From the NCBI GenBank assembly GCA_965219995.1, contig CBDCOX010000002.1:3808001-3872000 (forward strand): a stretch of 64,000 nucleotides of DNA, given 5' to 3'. The notes under the pieces are model-generated. The model saw nothing but the letters and a program-made list of their open reading frames with translations. It was not told the DNA's origin and ran no database searches. This stretch comes from Candidatus Latescibacterota bacterium (GTDB lineage Bacteria > Latescibacterota > UBA2968 > GCA-2709665). Below are positions 1 through 10,750 of the stretch, piece after piece. Both the position numbers and the translations under genes were made by a program. The number at the start of each line of letters is the position of its first letter. The stretch's first letter is position 1.

Positions 1-1212
1 GAACAGATGGACCATCCGCGAGACCTGCGTCTCAGCCCATTTCATCCACGTCTGAAAGCACTGGATGCCGTGTTCTTCGAAGGCGCGGGATGGGAACGCC
101 CGCAGTGGTTCGAAGCCAACAACGCCCTGCCGGACAAAGAAGCAGGTCTGCCGTCGCGAACCGGGTGGGAGGCGCGTTACTGGTCTCCCGTTCAGGGCGT
201 CGAACACCGGGCCGTCCGAAACCGCGCCGGGCTGTGCGATATCACCCCATTCACGAAGATCGAAGTCACCGGCGCCGGCGCCCTGGATTTCCTCCAGCGC
301 ATCGCCGCCAACCGGATGGACCGCCCCGTCGGAGCGGTGATCTATACGGCACTGCTCAATTCACGGGGAGGCATCGCCGCCGACCTGACCGTCACCCGCC
401 TGGCTCCCGACCGGTTCATGGTTCTCACCGGGGCCGCCGCGGGGATGCGGGACCTGGCATGGATTTCCCGCCACGCCCGGGATGTGGTCGCCGTTCAGAT
501 TTCCGATGTGACCTCGGCCTGGTGCGGCCTGGGCCTGTGGGGCCCCGAAGCCCGAAGGATCCTTCAAGGCGTCTGCAGCGACGATCTGACCAACCGGGCG
601 TTCCCGTATTTTTCCGCCAGGTGGATCCAAATCGGGTCCATTCCCGCCCTCGCGCTGCGCATTTCCTACGTGGGGGAACTGGGATGGGAAATCTACGCGC
701 CCGCTGAATTCGGGCTTCTGCTCTGGGACACGCTATGGGAGGCCGGACGCCCGCACGGGCTCGTCGCCCTCGGTGGGGGCGCGTTCGACTCGCTTCGCCT
801 TGAAAAGGGGTATCGCCTCTGGGGGGCGGATATCCATACGGAATACAACCCCTACGAGGCCGGGCTCGGCTGGGCAGTCAGGTTCGACAAGGGTGACTTC
901 CTGGGACGGGACGCCTTGTTGAAAATCCGCGATGAGGGTATCAACCGGAAGCTCTGCTGCCTCACCCTGGACGAGCCGGGCGTGGTTGTGATGGGGAAGG
1001 AACCCATACTGGACGGCAGCCGCGTACTCGGGTACATCACCAGCGCCAACCACGGGTACACCGTCGGTAGATTTATCGCCTACGGCTACCTCCCGCTGGA
1101 GTACGCGAAGCCGGGAACATCGATCGAAATCGAAACCTTCGGCAATCGCCATCGCGCCACCGTCTCGCGCGAACCGCTTTACGATCCCCAGGGCGAAAAG
1201 ATGAAATGCTGA
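1..1212 (+). CDS. GcvT-family aminomethyltransferase domain; C-terminal part of a dimethylglycine/sarcosine dehydrogenase-like flavoprotein (5' end outside window)
   Basis: Motifs GWERPQWF, RISYVGELGWEIY, SLRLEKGYRLWGADI and LYDP; the frame is open from base 1. Confidence 0.9.
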   Translation, partial: EQMDHPRDLRLSPFHPRLKALDAVFFEGAGWERPQWFEANNALPDKEAGLPSRTGWEARYWSPVQGVEHRAVRNRAGLCDITPFTKIEVTGAGALDFLQRIAANRMDRPVGAVIYTALLNSRGGIAADLTVTRLAPDRFMVLTGAAAGMRDLAWISRHARDVVAVQISDVTSAWCGLGLWGPEARRILQGVCSDDLTNRAFPYFSARWIQIGSIPALALRISYVGELGWEIYAPAEFGLLLWDTLWEAGRPHGLVALGGGAFDSLRLEKGYRLWGADIHTEYNPYEAGLGWAVRFDKGDFLGRDALLKIRDEGINRKLCCLTLDEPGVVVMGKEPILDGSRVLGYITSANHGYTVGRFIAYGYLPLEYAKPGTSIEIETFGNRHRATVSREPLYDPQGEKMKC

Positions 1213-1222
1213 CGCACCGACC

Positions 1223-1420
1223 GGGCGACCACAAGGGTCGCCCCTACGCAGTATGGCGGATTCGATTGGGTTGAGGGTGGCCGACGAAGGGGTTATGATC
1301 CCCCGGTATGGGGCAAATCGCCCAACCAGCTTCTTTAGGTGTGTTCTGGTAAATTCAACGCAATGGCTGTTGCCATTCGCGGAAGTACCAAAGGTGTAGG
1401 GGCGTCCCTTGTGGGCGCCC
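1223..1420. repeat. Inverted pair of GTAG-type REP palindromes (REPIN-like)
   Basis: gggcgaccacaagggtcgcccctac at 1223-1247 and gtaggggcgtcccttgtgggcgccc at 1396-1420. Confidence 0.85.
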
Positions 1421-1469
1421 TTGCAGTTTGATATGGTCACGCAGTGAAATGCGTCACCAACAACAAGAC

Positions 1470-1502
1470 AAAACCCCCGAGCTTATTGAATGGCCCGGGG
1501 GT
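1470..1502. terminator. Possible terminator hairpin between convergent genes
   Basis: aaaacccccgagc...gcccgggggt stem with an A-run on the left, giving a U-tail on the minus strand. Confidence 0.45.
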
Positions 1503-1530
1503 CACGAGTGCTTTATCTGGAAGGTTCGTT

Positions 1531-2010
1531 CTATTCCTTTTCGCTACTCTCTCTTTTCAGCAATAAACAGCCGGCTATCAAGTCGTGAAGGGCCTGTTTT
1601 CGTTCCGTAAAGGCCGCAAGCAGATAACCAATGTACGCGGTCATTCTGGAGAGCATCTTTGCAAAATGACGTCCGGAAGCTCGTCCGAAGGTAATTCGGT
1701 TCCCCTCGAGATCCGTGACTTTTATGCCGAGCGCCAATTTGCCCAACGTGGCTTGAAGACTGGAAGATTCCATTATGGCAAAGTAAAGCCAATCGAAGGA
1801 GAAAAGGCAAACCAAGAACCCGATCACGACGGTTGTGAAAAATGCATCTCCTACGAGAAATGTACCAGCCGTACCCGTACCGAAGGCATAGAACCAACCA
1901 CCGAAAGCAGCATAGATTCCAGCAAATGCGCCGGTGATCAGTTTATCGATGATCGCTGCTGCAAAACGCTGCCAGAATCTCGCATAGGTCATTTTCGCCT
2001 CCTTTGACAT
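1531..2010 (-). CDS. RDD family membrane protein
   Basis: YARFWQRFAAAIID, QATLGKLALGIKV and KQALHDLIAG motifs. Confidence 0.92.
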   Translation of the reverse strand: MSKEAKMTYARFWQRFAAAIIDKLITGAFAGIYAAFGGWFYAFGTGTAGTFLVGDAFFTTVVIGFLVCLFSFDWLYFAIMESSSLQATLGKLALGIKVTDLEGNRITFGRASGRHFAKMLSRMTAYIGYLLAAFTERKQALHDLIAGCLLLKRESSEKE

Positions 2011-2160
2011 CTACTGCCACCTCAAACCACGATTGCCGTGAGATTAGACAGCGCTATTTGATTATTAGTTTCAGGAATAAAACGGTTCCGTCGACGACAT
2101 ACTCAAGAGCCGTTCCGGTACCAGGATCGTCCGCTTAAGTGAAATGCTTGTCTAAACCCC

Positions 2161-2196
2161 TTGACTCGACTGCGAATATAGTCTATATTGGACTAT
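2161..2196 (+). promoter_or_regulatory. Sigma70 promoter with overlapping operator palindrome of the toxin-antitoxin operon
   Basis: TTGACT (2161) - 17 bp - TATATT (2184); ATAGTC...GACTAT inverted repeat at 2178-2196. Confidence 0.7.
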
Positions 2197-2217
2197 TAAC
2201 CAACGAAGGGAGACGAT

Positions 2218-2502
2218 ATGACCATCCAATATCCCAAACCAGACCGGGTCTGGACGGTTGCGGAGGCTAAGGCGAGGCTGTCTGAAATCCTTCGTCTGTC
2301 CGAGGCGGAAGGCCCGCAGCGAATCGGCGCGCGAAAGGCTTTCGTTGTCGTGCCCGAGCATGTCTGGGAGGCTCAGTCGTCACCGCGAAAGCCGCTTGGC
2401 CAGTGGCTGATCGACAATATGCCGCGCGGCACGAATCTGGATATTCCTGTCGGTCGAACGTCCCGGCGGGAGATCCCGTTCGCTGATGGAGGCGCGGGAT
2501 GA
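2218..2502 (+). CDS. Phd/YefM-family antitoxin
   Basis: WTVAEAKARLSEIL...GPQRI motif; ATGA overlap with a PIN toxin. Confidence 0.85.
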   Translation: MTIQYPKPDRVWTVAEAKARLSEILRLSEAEGPQRIGARKAFVVVPEHVWEAQSSPRKPLGQWLIDNMPRGTNLDIPVGRTSRREIPFADGGAG

Positions 2503-2918
2503 ACGGGTTTCTCGTGGACACCAACGTGGTCTCTGAACTCACCAGGACCGCGCCGGACGCGAATGTGGTGTCATTTCTGTCTGAACCGCACGATTTGTGG
2601 CTGTCGGCGGTGGTGGTGCATGAGTTGGAGTTCGGTTTGCTGCTATTGCCTCACGGACGACGGCGCGACGTTCTGCGCGCGGCGCTGTCGGGGATCATCG
2701 CGGACTACCAGGACCGCATTCTTCCCGTCGACAGAGCGGGCGCGGAATGGGCGGCTCACTTTCGAACGCAGGCGCATCGCGCCGGACGGGTGCTGGATCT
2801 GGGCGACGCGCTCATCGCCGGAACCGCCAGGGCCCACGATCTGTCCGTTGCAACGAGAAACGTCACGGATTTCAACGGCCTGGACGTCGACGTCACGAAT
2901 CCATGGGAAACACCGTGA
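2499..2918 (+). CDS. vapC: VapC-family PIN-domain toxin
   Basis: FLVDTNVVSE, DALIAGTA, VATRNVTDF and NPW motifs. Confidence 0.93.
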   Translation: MNGFLVDTNVVSELTRTAPDANVVSFLSEPHDLWLSAVVVHELEFGLLLLPHGRRRDVLRAALSGIIADYQDRILPVDRAGAEWAAHFRTQAHRAGRVLDLGDALIAGTARAHDLSVATRNVTDFNGLDVDVTNPWETP

Positions 2919-2941
2919 CCGGGAAAGAAAGGGCGACCACA

Positions 2942-3046
2942 ATGGAACCCGACAAGCCGTCGTGGGAGGAAACATACCGCGCCATGGCTGCCGCCGGCGA
3001 AGACTGGGGCGAATTCGACACAACGGTCGCAGACGGTTTGGAGTGA
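2942..3046 (+). pseudogene. Probable remnant (C-terminal part) of an AbrB/MazE-type antitoxin
   Basis: 34 aa MEPDKPSWEETYRAMAAAGEDWGEFDTTVADGLE resembles acidic antitoxin tails; no DNA-binding N-terminus and no toxin downstream. Confidence 0.45.
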
Positions 3047-3189
3047 AGTCCGGATTTCCCAGGCTAATTGGCATCCACATCAGTGACGATGCAGTCCGGA
3101 ATGGCGCGCATTCCCGGAAATGCAGGGCCAATGTGGATGGGTTGCTGCGTTTTCCGAACGGATGGATCATCCGAGAGGCGGAATAGGGC

Positions 3190-3285
3190 GTTGACGGTCA
3201 CTTATGTCCCACAACGCCATTTGTCGGCCAATAACGATAAAAAGTGGCCAACAAACTACGTTGTCGGCAATGGGTGACCGGCAAC
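3190..3285. repeat. 43-bp imperfect inverted repeat containing two CCNACAA-N6-TTGTCGG dyads
   Basis: Arms 3190-3232 and 3243-3285 match at 32/43 positions without gaps. Confidence 0.75.
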
Positions 3286-3450
3286 CGTCGATGTGCACGC
3301 GCGCCCCGGTAGGTGGCTGAACACAGACATTTGCGACGAGGGTTGCCATTTCAGCGAACGATGCTGACAGAAATAATGAACTGCAGTTGGGGGCCGTCGA
3401 CTCCTCTTTGAGAAGGAATATACTGAATTAGGTAGATACGGAGTACCCAT

Positions 3451-4443
3451 TTGAACGAAAAAACACAAAAACGACTGGCACAACTGAACGCTGATTGCGA
3501 AAGGATATACGGCTCACCTGTTCGTCACTTCTTTTGTCCGATTCTCTATCTGGACGACGTTACTAAACTATGCGAAGCCCATTTGATCAATAAGGCATTT
3601 CGAGACTCTGCCCGGACTTGGACAATACAACGAGCCGATGTGGACTCCTTCTACGGAACGCTTTTCGAAGCAGACTTCGTAGCGATGCAAGAGAAGGGTC
3701 GGCACCGACCAGACGAAGTAGTCGCCGACAAAGACCTATCACGAATGCTAAAGCCGAAGATCGTCGTAAACGGCGAGGAAGTAGGTTATTATTTTCCGAA
3801 AGGTGCTGTCCCACCAAACCATTCGCTGATAAGGTTATTCACGCCAATAGGAATTGTCGAACTGGCCTTGAAGCGATCACCCGCGGCAATGCAAAATGCC
3901 GAGACTGAATGCTGGACGATTCACATTGAAAAGAATCTCAACCTTCCAGCGCTTGTGTCGCTTATAAAGGCTGCGCATCTGACGCTGTATCATCTGTGCG
4001 GGTACCGCCATGTTTTTTCGGGTTGTGGGTTCTTTCTCGGCAGGACAGTGCTGGGTGAGTTTTTCTTGAAAGCCCGGCATTTGGATCGAAAACGCGCCTT
4101 GGAATTGGCCAAAAACCACTTCTCGTCGCTTGCGAACATGGTGCGACCAGTGTTGGTGAACCCGAGTCATCTGGAAGGGACTCTAACGGACCAGATGCTT
4201 TATGTGTGCGTTAACGGCGATTGTTTTTGGGCGTTGATAATATTCGTTAGAACAGGAGACCATTTAAACGCCGTAATGGTACCAACAATGGACAATCACG
4301 AATCGGTTGTCCTATTTGATAAATTCCTCATGAAACCAACAAACACTGTCTGTGTACGTCGTACTCGATGGAACGGGGATGCGTGGCAACTAAATCCTGA
4401 AACCGAAAAATTCTATTGGCCCGTGGCGGAATTCTGCCCGTGA
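3451..4443 (+). CDS. Hypothetical protein, possibly a degenerate HNH-like nuclease
   Basis: 330-aa ORF in lower-GC DNA; N-terminal FCPIL...LCEAHLINKAF...DVDSFYG. Confidence 0.6.
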   Translation: MNEKTQKRLAQLNADCERIYGSPVRHFFCPILYLDDVTKLCEAHLINKAFRDSARTWTIQRADVDSFYGTLFEADFVAMQEKGRHRPDEVVADKDLSRMLKPKIVVNGEEVGYYFPKGAVPPNHSLIRLFTPIGIVELALKRSPAAMQNAETECWTIHIEKNLNLPALVSLIKAAHLTLYHLCGYRHVFSGCGFFLGRTVLGEFFLKARHLDRKRALELAKNHFSSLANMVRPVLVNPSHLEGTLTDQMLYVCVNGDCFWALIIFVRTGDHLNAVMVPTMDNHESVVLFDKFLMKPTNTVCVRRTRWNGDAWQLNPETEKFYWPVAEFCP

Positions 4444-4623
4444 TCTTGCTCGGCCGTACTTAAGTTGAAATCAACTGGTGCGGTTAAGAGAACCCGTGGA
4501 CTGGGGATTTGGGAATAGGGTCGGGATGCATTGGACGAGAAGGGCTCACGGAAGTTGCCCTCTAACTGCATCCCGCATTTGTGGCCGTTTCATCGGCCAA
4601 ATCACGCGCGAGAATATATCAAT

Positions 4624-7419
4624 ATGCGTCTATCGTGGAATGAAATCCGTGTCCGTGCTGCCCGATTTGCTGAGGAGTGGAAGGACTCGGGGTACGAAAA
4701 GGGTGAGACTCAGAGTTTCTACAACGAATTCTTCGAGATCTTCGGTGTGAAACGCCGTACGGTCGCGCGCTACGAGGAACTCGTCCAGCGCCTGGACGAC
4801 TCCAGTGGATTCATCGATCTCTTCTGGCCGGGCGTATTGCTTGTCGAGCAGAAGAGTGCGGGCGTCAACCTGAAGAAGGCGCGAGAACAAGCGGACACCT
4901 ATTTCGACGCGCTGCAGGAGCACGAGAGGCCGCGTTACCAGTTACAATGCGACTTTCAAACGTTTGATCTGATCGACCGGGATGAACGCGAGGAAGTGCG
5001 TTTCGGGCTCGCCAATCTTCCGGAACACGTTGAAAAATTCGGTTTTATCCTCGGTGTTCAGAAACGGACCTTTAAGGACCAGGACCCGGTCAACATCGCT
5101 GCGGCGGAACGCGTCGGCCTTCTCCACGACGCGCTGGCTGCATCCGGCTACACCGGGCACGACCTGGAGCAATTCCTCGTTCGCATTGTCTTCTGCTTCT
5201 TTGCGGACGACACCGGCATCTTCGAGCCGCGCGACATCTTTCTCGATTACCTGGAAAACCGTACGGGTGAAGACGGATCGGACCTTGGCAGCCGCCTCAT
5301 GCACTTGTTCCAGGTTCTCAACACCCACGAAGAACAGCGCCCAACCACACTCGATGAAGACCTCGACCGCTTCCCGTACGTCAACGGCGAGCTTTTTCGA
5401 GACACATTGCCCATCCCGTCATTTGATTCCGAGATGCGCGAGAAGCTTATCAACGCTTGCAATTTCAATTGGTCGAACATCTCACCGGCGATTTTCGGCT
5501 CGTTGTTCCAGTCGGTAATGGACAAGGACCAGCGACGCCGACAGGGTGCGCACTACACGACTGAACAGAACATCCTCAAGGTCATTGAGCCTCTGTTCCT
5601 CGACGAATTACGTGACGAATTGCGCCACCTGAAATCACGCCGTGACATCCACCGCATTCCCGCGTTGCACACGTTCCGGCAGCGACTCCGCGACCTGCGC
5701 ATTCTCGACCCTGCATGCGGTTGCGGAAACTTCCTTATCATAGCGTATCGCGAATTGCGCGAATTGGAAATCGAAGTACTCAGAGAGATTCATCCAAAAC
5801 TACAGACCGATGCCTTTGCAAAGCAGCTCTCCATAGTGAATGTGGATCAGTTCTACGGCATCGAGTTGGGGGAATTTCCGGCCCGCATCGCCGAAGTAGC
5901 GCTGTGGATGATGGACCACATAATGAACAACTGGTTAAGCAAGGAGTTTGGAAGGATCTTCACACGAATTCCATTGAATACATCGCCTCACATCCGGCAG
6001 GGCGACGCGCTCGAGTTCGATTGGTCCGAACTACTGCCTCCAGAGGAATGTTCCTACGTGCTCGGCAATCCACCGTTCATTGGCTCAAAATTCCAGTCGG
6101 ACGACCAGCGCGATCAGGTGCGCCATATCGCCGCGCTTGGAAAGAGCGGCGGCTCATTGGACTATGTTGGCGCGTGGTTTATCAAGGCTGGGGAGTACGT
6201 GCAGAATAGCGAAGCACGAATCGGTTTTGTGGCGACGAATTCCATCACACAGGGCGAACAGGTTGCGCAACTCTGGCCAATTTTGTTCGAGCGGTACAGA
6301 CTGGACATCACATACGCCCATCGTACGTTTGCATGGGGATCGGACGCTCGCGGCATGGCGCACGTTCATGTCGTAATCATCGGATTGGCCAAAACCGACC
6401 TCGCGCCGCGGCAGAAACGTCTGTTTTCGTACGAAACGGTTAACGACGACCCACAGCAGACCCAACACGCAGCACTCTCACCCTACCTTTTCGACGCGGG
6501 AAGTTTGGCCAATCCGCGAGTTGTGGTAAGGGAGTCACATCTACCTTTCAATGGGCTGCCGAAGCTGATCATTGGCTCCAAGCCGATCGATGGTGGGCAT
6601 TATATCTTTAAGGCTGACGAACGTGCCGCTTTCCTCCGCGATGAACCGGGCGCCGAGCCGTACCTGCGCCCTTTCGTCGGCAGTCGCGAGTTTCTCCAGG
6701 GTGGAATGCGCTGGATACTTCATCTCGCCGAAGTGTCTCCTCAGGTACTCAAGTCACTCCCGAGAGTCAGGGAACGCATAGCCGCCGTTCGCGACTATCG
6801 GTTAGCGAGCAGGAGTGCGCCTACCCGTACGCTTGCAATGACACCAAAGCTCTACCACGTCAACGTCATTCCAGCGGCCCCTTTCATGGTGGTGCCGGAG
6901 GTCAGCTCCGAACGGCGCGACTACATTCCGATTGCATGGCTGGAACCTCCCGTGATTCCGAGCAACAAGATACGTGTGCTGCTAAATGCCTCCCTTTGGC
7001 AATTCGGATTATTAACCTCGACATTGCACATGGCGTGGGTCAGGAATATCGGCGGACGGCTCAAGAGTGACTTTTCCTACGGAATAGGCATCGTGTACAA
7101 TACGTTTCCGATGCCCCCCGTACCGCCAGAACGCCTGAAACGGCTTGCAACCCACGCCGACGCCGTTCTATCCGCTCGCGCGAATCATCCTGACGCGACG
7201 CTTGCCGACCTGTACGACCCCGACATGATGCCTCCCGACCTTCGCAAGGCACACCAGGCGCTGGACCGCACCGTCGACAGGCTATACCGACGTAGCGGCT
7301 TTACGTCGGAGCGCGAGCGTGTGGAACACCTGCTGGGACTGTACGAGAAAATGGTCGCGCCGCTTGCGGCAAAGGCGAAACCGAAGCGGCGGCGGCGGCG
7401 AACTGCAGCCGGGCGATAG
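4624..7419 (+). CDS. MmeI-family (Type IIL/IIG) fused endonuclease / N6-adenine methyltransferase
   Basis: N-terminal GFIDLFWPGVLLVEQKS (PD-ExK), GAHYT, DPACGCGNF (motif I), NPPF (motif IV), C-terminal TRD and LADLYDP. Confidence 0.92.
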   Translation: MRLSWNEIRVRAARFAEEWKDSGYEKGETQSFYNEFFEIFGVKRRTVARYEELVQRLDDSSGFIDLFWPGVLLVEQKSAGVNLKKAREQADTYFDALQEHERPRYQLQCDFQTFDLIDRDEREEVRFGLANLPEHVEKFGFILGVQKRTFKDQDPVNIAAAERVGLLHDALAASGYTGHDLEQFLVRIVFCFFADDTGIFEPRDIFLDYLENRTGEDGSDLGSRLMHLFQVLNTHEEQRPTTLDEDLDRFPYVNGELFRDTLPIPSFDSEMREKLINACNFNWSNISPAIFGSLFQSVMDKDQRRRQGAHYTTEQNILKVIEPLFLDELRDELRHLKSRRDIHRIPALHTFRQRLRDLRILDPACGCGNFLIIAYRELRELEIEVLREIHPKLQTDAFAKQLSIVNVDQFYGIELGEFPARIAEVALWMMDHIMNNWLSKEFGRIFTRIPLNTSPHIRQGDALEFDWSELLPPEECSYVLGNPPFIGSKFQSDDQRDQVRHIAALGKSGGSLDYVGAWFIKAGEYVQNSEARIGFVATNSITQGEQVAQLWPILFERYRLDITYAHRTFAWGSDARGMAHVHVVIIGLAKTDLAPRQKRLFSYETVNDDPQQTQHAALSPYLFDAGSLANPRVVVRESHLPFNGLPKLIIGSKPIDGGHYIFKADERAAFLRDEPGAEPYLRPFVGSREFLQGGMRWILHLAEVSPQVLKSLPRVRERIAAVRDYRLASRSAPTRTLAMTPKLYHVNVIPAAPFMVVPEVSSERRDYIPIAWLEPPVIPSNKIRVLLNASLWQFGLLTSTLHMAWVRNIGGRLKSDFSYGIGIVYNTFPMPPVPPERLKRLATHADAVLSARANHPDATLADLYDPDMMPPDLRKAHQALDRTVDRLYRRSGFTSERERVEHLLGLYEKMVAPLAAKAKPKRRRRRTAAGR

Positions 7420-7457
7420 GGTGGATACCCGATCGCGAGAAGATTTACCGACGAGCC

Positions 7458-7486
7458 TTGACCAGCGCCAAAACTGTGGCTACAAT
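7458..7486 (+). promoter_or_regulatory. Sigma70 promoter upstream of the GHKL-MTase-Vsr operon
   Basis: TTGACC - 17 bp - TACAAT. Confidence 0.65.
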
Positions 7487-7659
7487 AATGGTACTTTTGG
7501 GATTTGAAGACCTGAATAGGACGCCTCTATATTTCGCAGGCTAAGATTCTCGGGGCAATGCCAGTTTTCGCGATAAATTCTCGATAATTTCACCCGAAAG
7601 AATTAAGAGTCGCTGCCGACGGTAACGAGACCCTTGTTTGCTATAAGTGGGATTTTTCC

Positions 7660-9651
7660 ATGAATAAACAAGAAACGCCGACTTCACGGCATGGGCGTGA
7701 ATACAAGATGACGGTTGCCGGCCAGTTGTTCAAACATCTCGGTTTGCAGATGTACTCGGGGGCGGTCCCGGCAATTTCAGAACTCATTTCAAACGCATAC
7801 GATGCCATGGCGAGAAACGTCTGGATCGAACTACCGACTAACACATCGATAAACACATATGACGCGATTGTGGTTAGGGACGACGGCCATGGGATGAGTT
7901 TTGAAGAATGTAACTCTCTCTATTTGACGGTAGGTAGAGACCGGCGGATGAACTACGATGAATGGACCCGGGAGTACAATGGAATAAGTTCTCGGAAAGT
8001 TCAGGGGAGAAAGGGCATCGGCAAGCTTGCTGGTTTCGGAATTGCCAATTTAATCGACGTCCGAACCATCAAGGACGGTGAGATTGCTCATTTTAGACTG
8101 GACTATGACAAATTGACAAAAAGCTCGAATTTTGCCGACGCGGAAGGATATGCACCCATACGACTGCAAGATGACGGCGGAGAAACCGATGAACAGGCCG
8201 GTACAACGGTAAGACTATCGAGGCTTAAGCTCAGGCGATCTATTGACGAAGGACAATTTGTCAAGAGTATTGCAAGGCGACTCCTTGTGATTGACGAATC
8301 CTTTACTGTCCACGTAAATGATTCACAAGTATCGAGACAAGAGATTCCATTTCAATTCAGATTCCCGGGAAGTCCAGGCACATGGCAAACCGATGAACTG
8401 TCGAACGGACAGCAATTTCATTGGTGGGCAGGATTTTGCAAGGATACAATACCCGACGAAGAACAGCGTGGCTTTGTCGTGTACGTAAGAGGCAAACTGG
8501 CTCAGACGCCGTGGTTTTTTGACCTTAGTGGTGGCGTGTGGGGTCAGCACGGTATGCAATATTTCACAGGCGAGGTTCAAGCGGATTTTTTGGACGAAAG
8601 TGTAGATTTGATTGCCACCGATCGGGGTACTGTACGATGGGAGGATCCCACGGCAGTACCGTTGAAGGAATGGGGAAGAAAAAAGATCAGGGAATTATTG
8701 GAAACCTGGTCTGACAAGAGACGAGAAGCTAAACGTACAAGCCCAAGGGTGTCGCAGTACTTGCAACAGGCGGAGAGATTACCCGAAAGAGAACGTCAAG
8801 TATTCACGAGAGTCGTTGACCGTATCTGCGGCATACCGCAACTTGACAAGGATCAAGAGGGTAGGGATATAGCAGACGATCTTGTAGAATTCGCCTTTAA
8901 TGCATTGACGAATCGAAGTTTTCTCGATGCGATACGACGATTGAACGCAGCTTCTCCAAATGAAATGGACAGATTCAATGAAGTGCTTTCCGATTGGGAT
9001 GTTATTGAGCTTGTAAATACGGCGCACCTCGTTAAGGGTCGGGTCGAAATCATCCGAAAATTCGAGCAAATGATCAAAGAAAAGGTACCCGAGAAGCCGG
9101 ATATGCAAATGCACCTCCGCAAATATCCATGGTTAATTGACCCCAAATGGACGATGCTGGCACATGAGAGGTCGCTTGACAATACAATTCGAGATCACTT
9201 CGGGATATCTACATCTGGCGAGAATGCGGGCAAGAAGCGTTTGGACTTTTTTTGCCTGGGAGACAGCCAAACGGCGTACGTTGTGGAAGTGAAACGGCCA
9301 GGAGGCCCGATTGGAAGGGAGGAATTTAACCAGGTAGAAGAATACGTGCTTTTTCTTCGAAATCGACTCCAGCGAAGCGCCACGATCGCGGAGCATCAAA
9401 GATCAGTCGTCAAAGGGCTACTTATCGCCGACCGCATTCGACCCGAAGACGAGGAATATAGAGACGCAAGAAAGGACGTAGTTGATTTTCGGACATGGCA
9501 GAACCTGCTGATGGTAGCCAGGACCATGCACGAAGAGTTCCTCCAAGTGGTCACGGAACGAGCACCTGCTGATGACCCTAGAATGCAGAATTTAACAGGC
9601 CGACCAGTAAAGCAAAATGGGTATGGACAAGATATAGAGGATGAGAAGTGA
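7660..9651 (+). CDS. GHKL (MORC/HSP90-like) ATPase fused to a C-terminal PD-(D/E)XK nuclease-like domain
   Basis: [23 protein letters not shown] and GTTV; C-terminal RLDFFC...VVEVKRP...QVEEY. Confidence 0.88.
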   Translation: MNKQETPTSRHGREYKMTVAGQLFKHLGLQMYSGAVPAISELISNAYDAMARNVWIELPTNTSINTYDAIVVRDDGHGMSFEECNSLYLTVGRDRRMNYDEWTREYNGISSRKVQGRKGIGKLAGFGIANLIDVRTIKDGEIAHFRLDYDKLTKSSNFADAEGYAPIRLQDDGGETDEQAGTTVRLSRLKLRRSIDEGQFVKSIARRLLVIDESFTVHVNDSQVSRQEIPFQFRFPGSPGTWQTDELSNGQQFHWWAGFCKDTIPDEEQRGFVVYVRGKLAQTPWFFDLSGGVWGQHGMQYFTGEVQADFLDESVDLIATDRGTVRWEDPTAVPLKEWGRKKIRELLETWSDKRREAKRTSPRVSQYLQQAERLPERERQVFTRVVDRICGIPQLDKDQEGRDIADDLVEFAFNALTNRSFLDAIRRLNAASPNEMDRFNEVLSDWDVIELVNTAHLVKGRVEIIRKFEQMIKEKVPEKPDMQMHLRKYPWLIDPKWTMLAHERSLDNTIRDHFGISTSGENAGKKRLDFFCLGDSQTAYVVEVKRPGGPIGREEFNQVEEYVLFLRNRLQRSATIAEHQRSVVKGLLIADRIRPEDEEYRDARKDVVDFRTWQNLLMVARTMHEEFLQVVTERAPADDPRMQNLTGRPVKQNGYGQDIEDEK

Positions 9652-10736
9652 ATGCAAAAGCACCAATTGCGATTGATCTATTTGCTGGATGTGGCGGGTT
9701 GACAAAGGGTATCCGCGATGCGGGATTCAACGTCGCGGCAGCCGTTGAAATAGACTCAGACGCGGCGCAAACCTACAAGCGGAACCACCCACGAACACAA
9801 TTACTGACAAACGACATTCGGGACGTGTCCGGTTCGGATCTCGTGGAAGCCGCCGGTAGCGACCAGGTTTCGCTTCTGGCGGGTTGCGCGCCCTGTCAGG
9901 GATTCTGTTCGCTTACGAGCAAGTACCAGGAATCCGACCCGCGAAATGAGCTTCTACTCGCGATGGCCGACGTCGTCGAAGCGATTCTTCCACGTGCGGT
10001 GTTTATGGAAAACGTCCCTGGCGTCTTAAATCGGGGCAAGGCAATATTCAATCAGTTCCTTGGCGTTATGGCCGATCTTGGATACAAGTACAGTTGGCGG
10101 GTTGAACAGATCGCAGATTATGGAGTACCGCAATCCCGACGGCGACTGGTCCTCGTAGCAGGACTTGGATTCGAAATCCCCTTACCGGAACCCACTCATG
10201 CTCGTGTCCCGGAGGATGGATCCGGTCTGCAGCCGTGGAGAACGGTAGAGCAAGCGATCGGCCATATGGGAGCGCCTATCACGTTAAAGGCCGCACGCAG
10301 AAATGGTGGACCTCAATCTCATAACTGGCACGTAGTTAGAAATCTTCAACCTCAGGTCAAGAAAAGACTAGAAGCGGCGGAACCAGGGAAAACATGGTTG
10401 GCAATAGATGAATCGGTACGTCCGAAATGTCACCGAAGCGACTATCGGGGTTTCACTAATACGTATGGAAGGATGGCGTGGGACCAGGTCTCTCCCACCA
10501 TAACCGGTGGGTGTACCACGGCATCCAAAGGCCGTTTCGGCCATCCTGATAAATCCAGATACACGATCTCCGTTCGAGAAGCAGCGCTGCTTCAGACGTT
10601 TCCCGAAAATTACAGATTCACCACGGATAGCATGGAGAGAGTTTGTGATCTTATTGGCAATGCGGTTCCGCCTTTATATGCGAAATTAGCTGCGCAGAAG
10701 GTCAATTCCGCGCTTCGGGAATTACCGGAAAATTAA
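9648..10736 (+). CDS. DNA (cytosine-5) methyltransferase
   Basis: [31 protein letters not shown] and GNAVPP; GTGA overlap with the upstream gene. Confidence 0.95.
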   Translation: MNAKAPIAIDLFAGCGGLTKGIRDAGFNVAAAVEIDSDAAQTYKRNHPRTQLLTNDIRDVSGSDLVEAAGSDQVSLLAGCAPCQGFCSLTSKYQESDPRNELLLAMADVVEAILPRAVFMENVPGVLNRGKAIFNQFLGVMADLGYKYSWRVEQIADYGVPQSRRRLVLVAGLGFEIPLPEPTHARVPEDGSGLQPWRTVEQAIGHMGAPITLKAARRNGGPQSHNWHVVRNLQPQVKKRLEAAEPGKTWLAIDESVRPKCHRSDYRGFTNTYGRMAWDQVSPTITGGCTTASKGRFGHPDKSRYTISVREAALLQTFPENYRFTTDSMERVCDLIGNAVPPLYAKLAAQKVNSALRELPEN

Positions 10737-10750
10737 CATGGTGCGAGACC

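Noticed and set aside
2134-4471. cttaagt(t)gaaat at about 2134 and 4459 as att-like direct repeats
   Set aside because: The match is short and gapped, and cannot be distinguished from chance.
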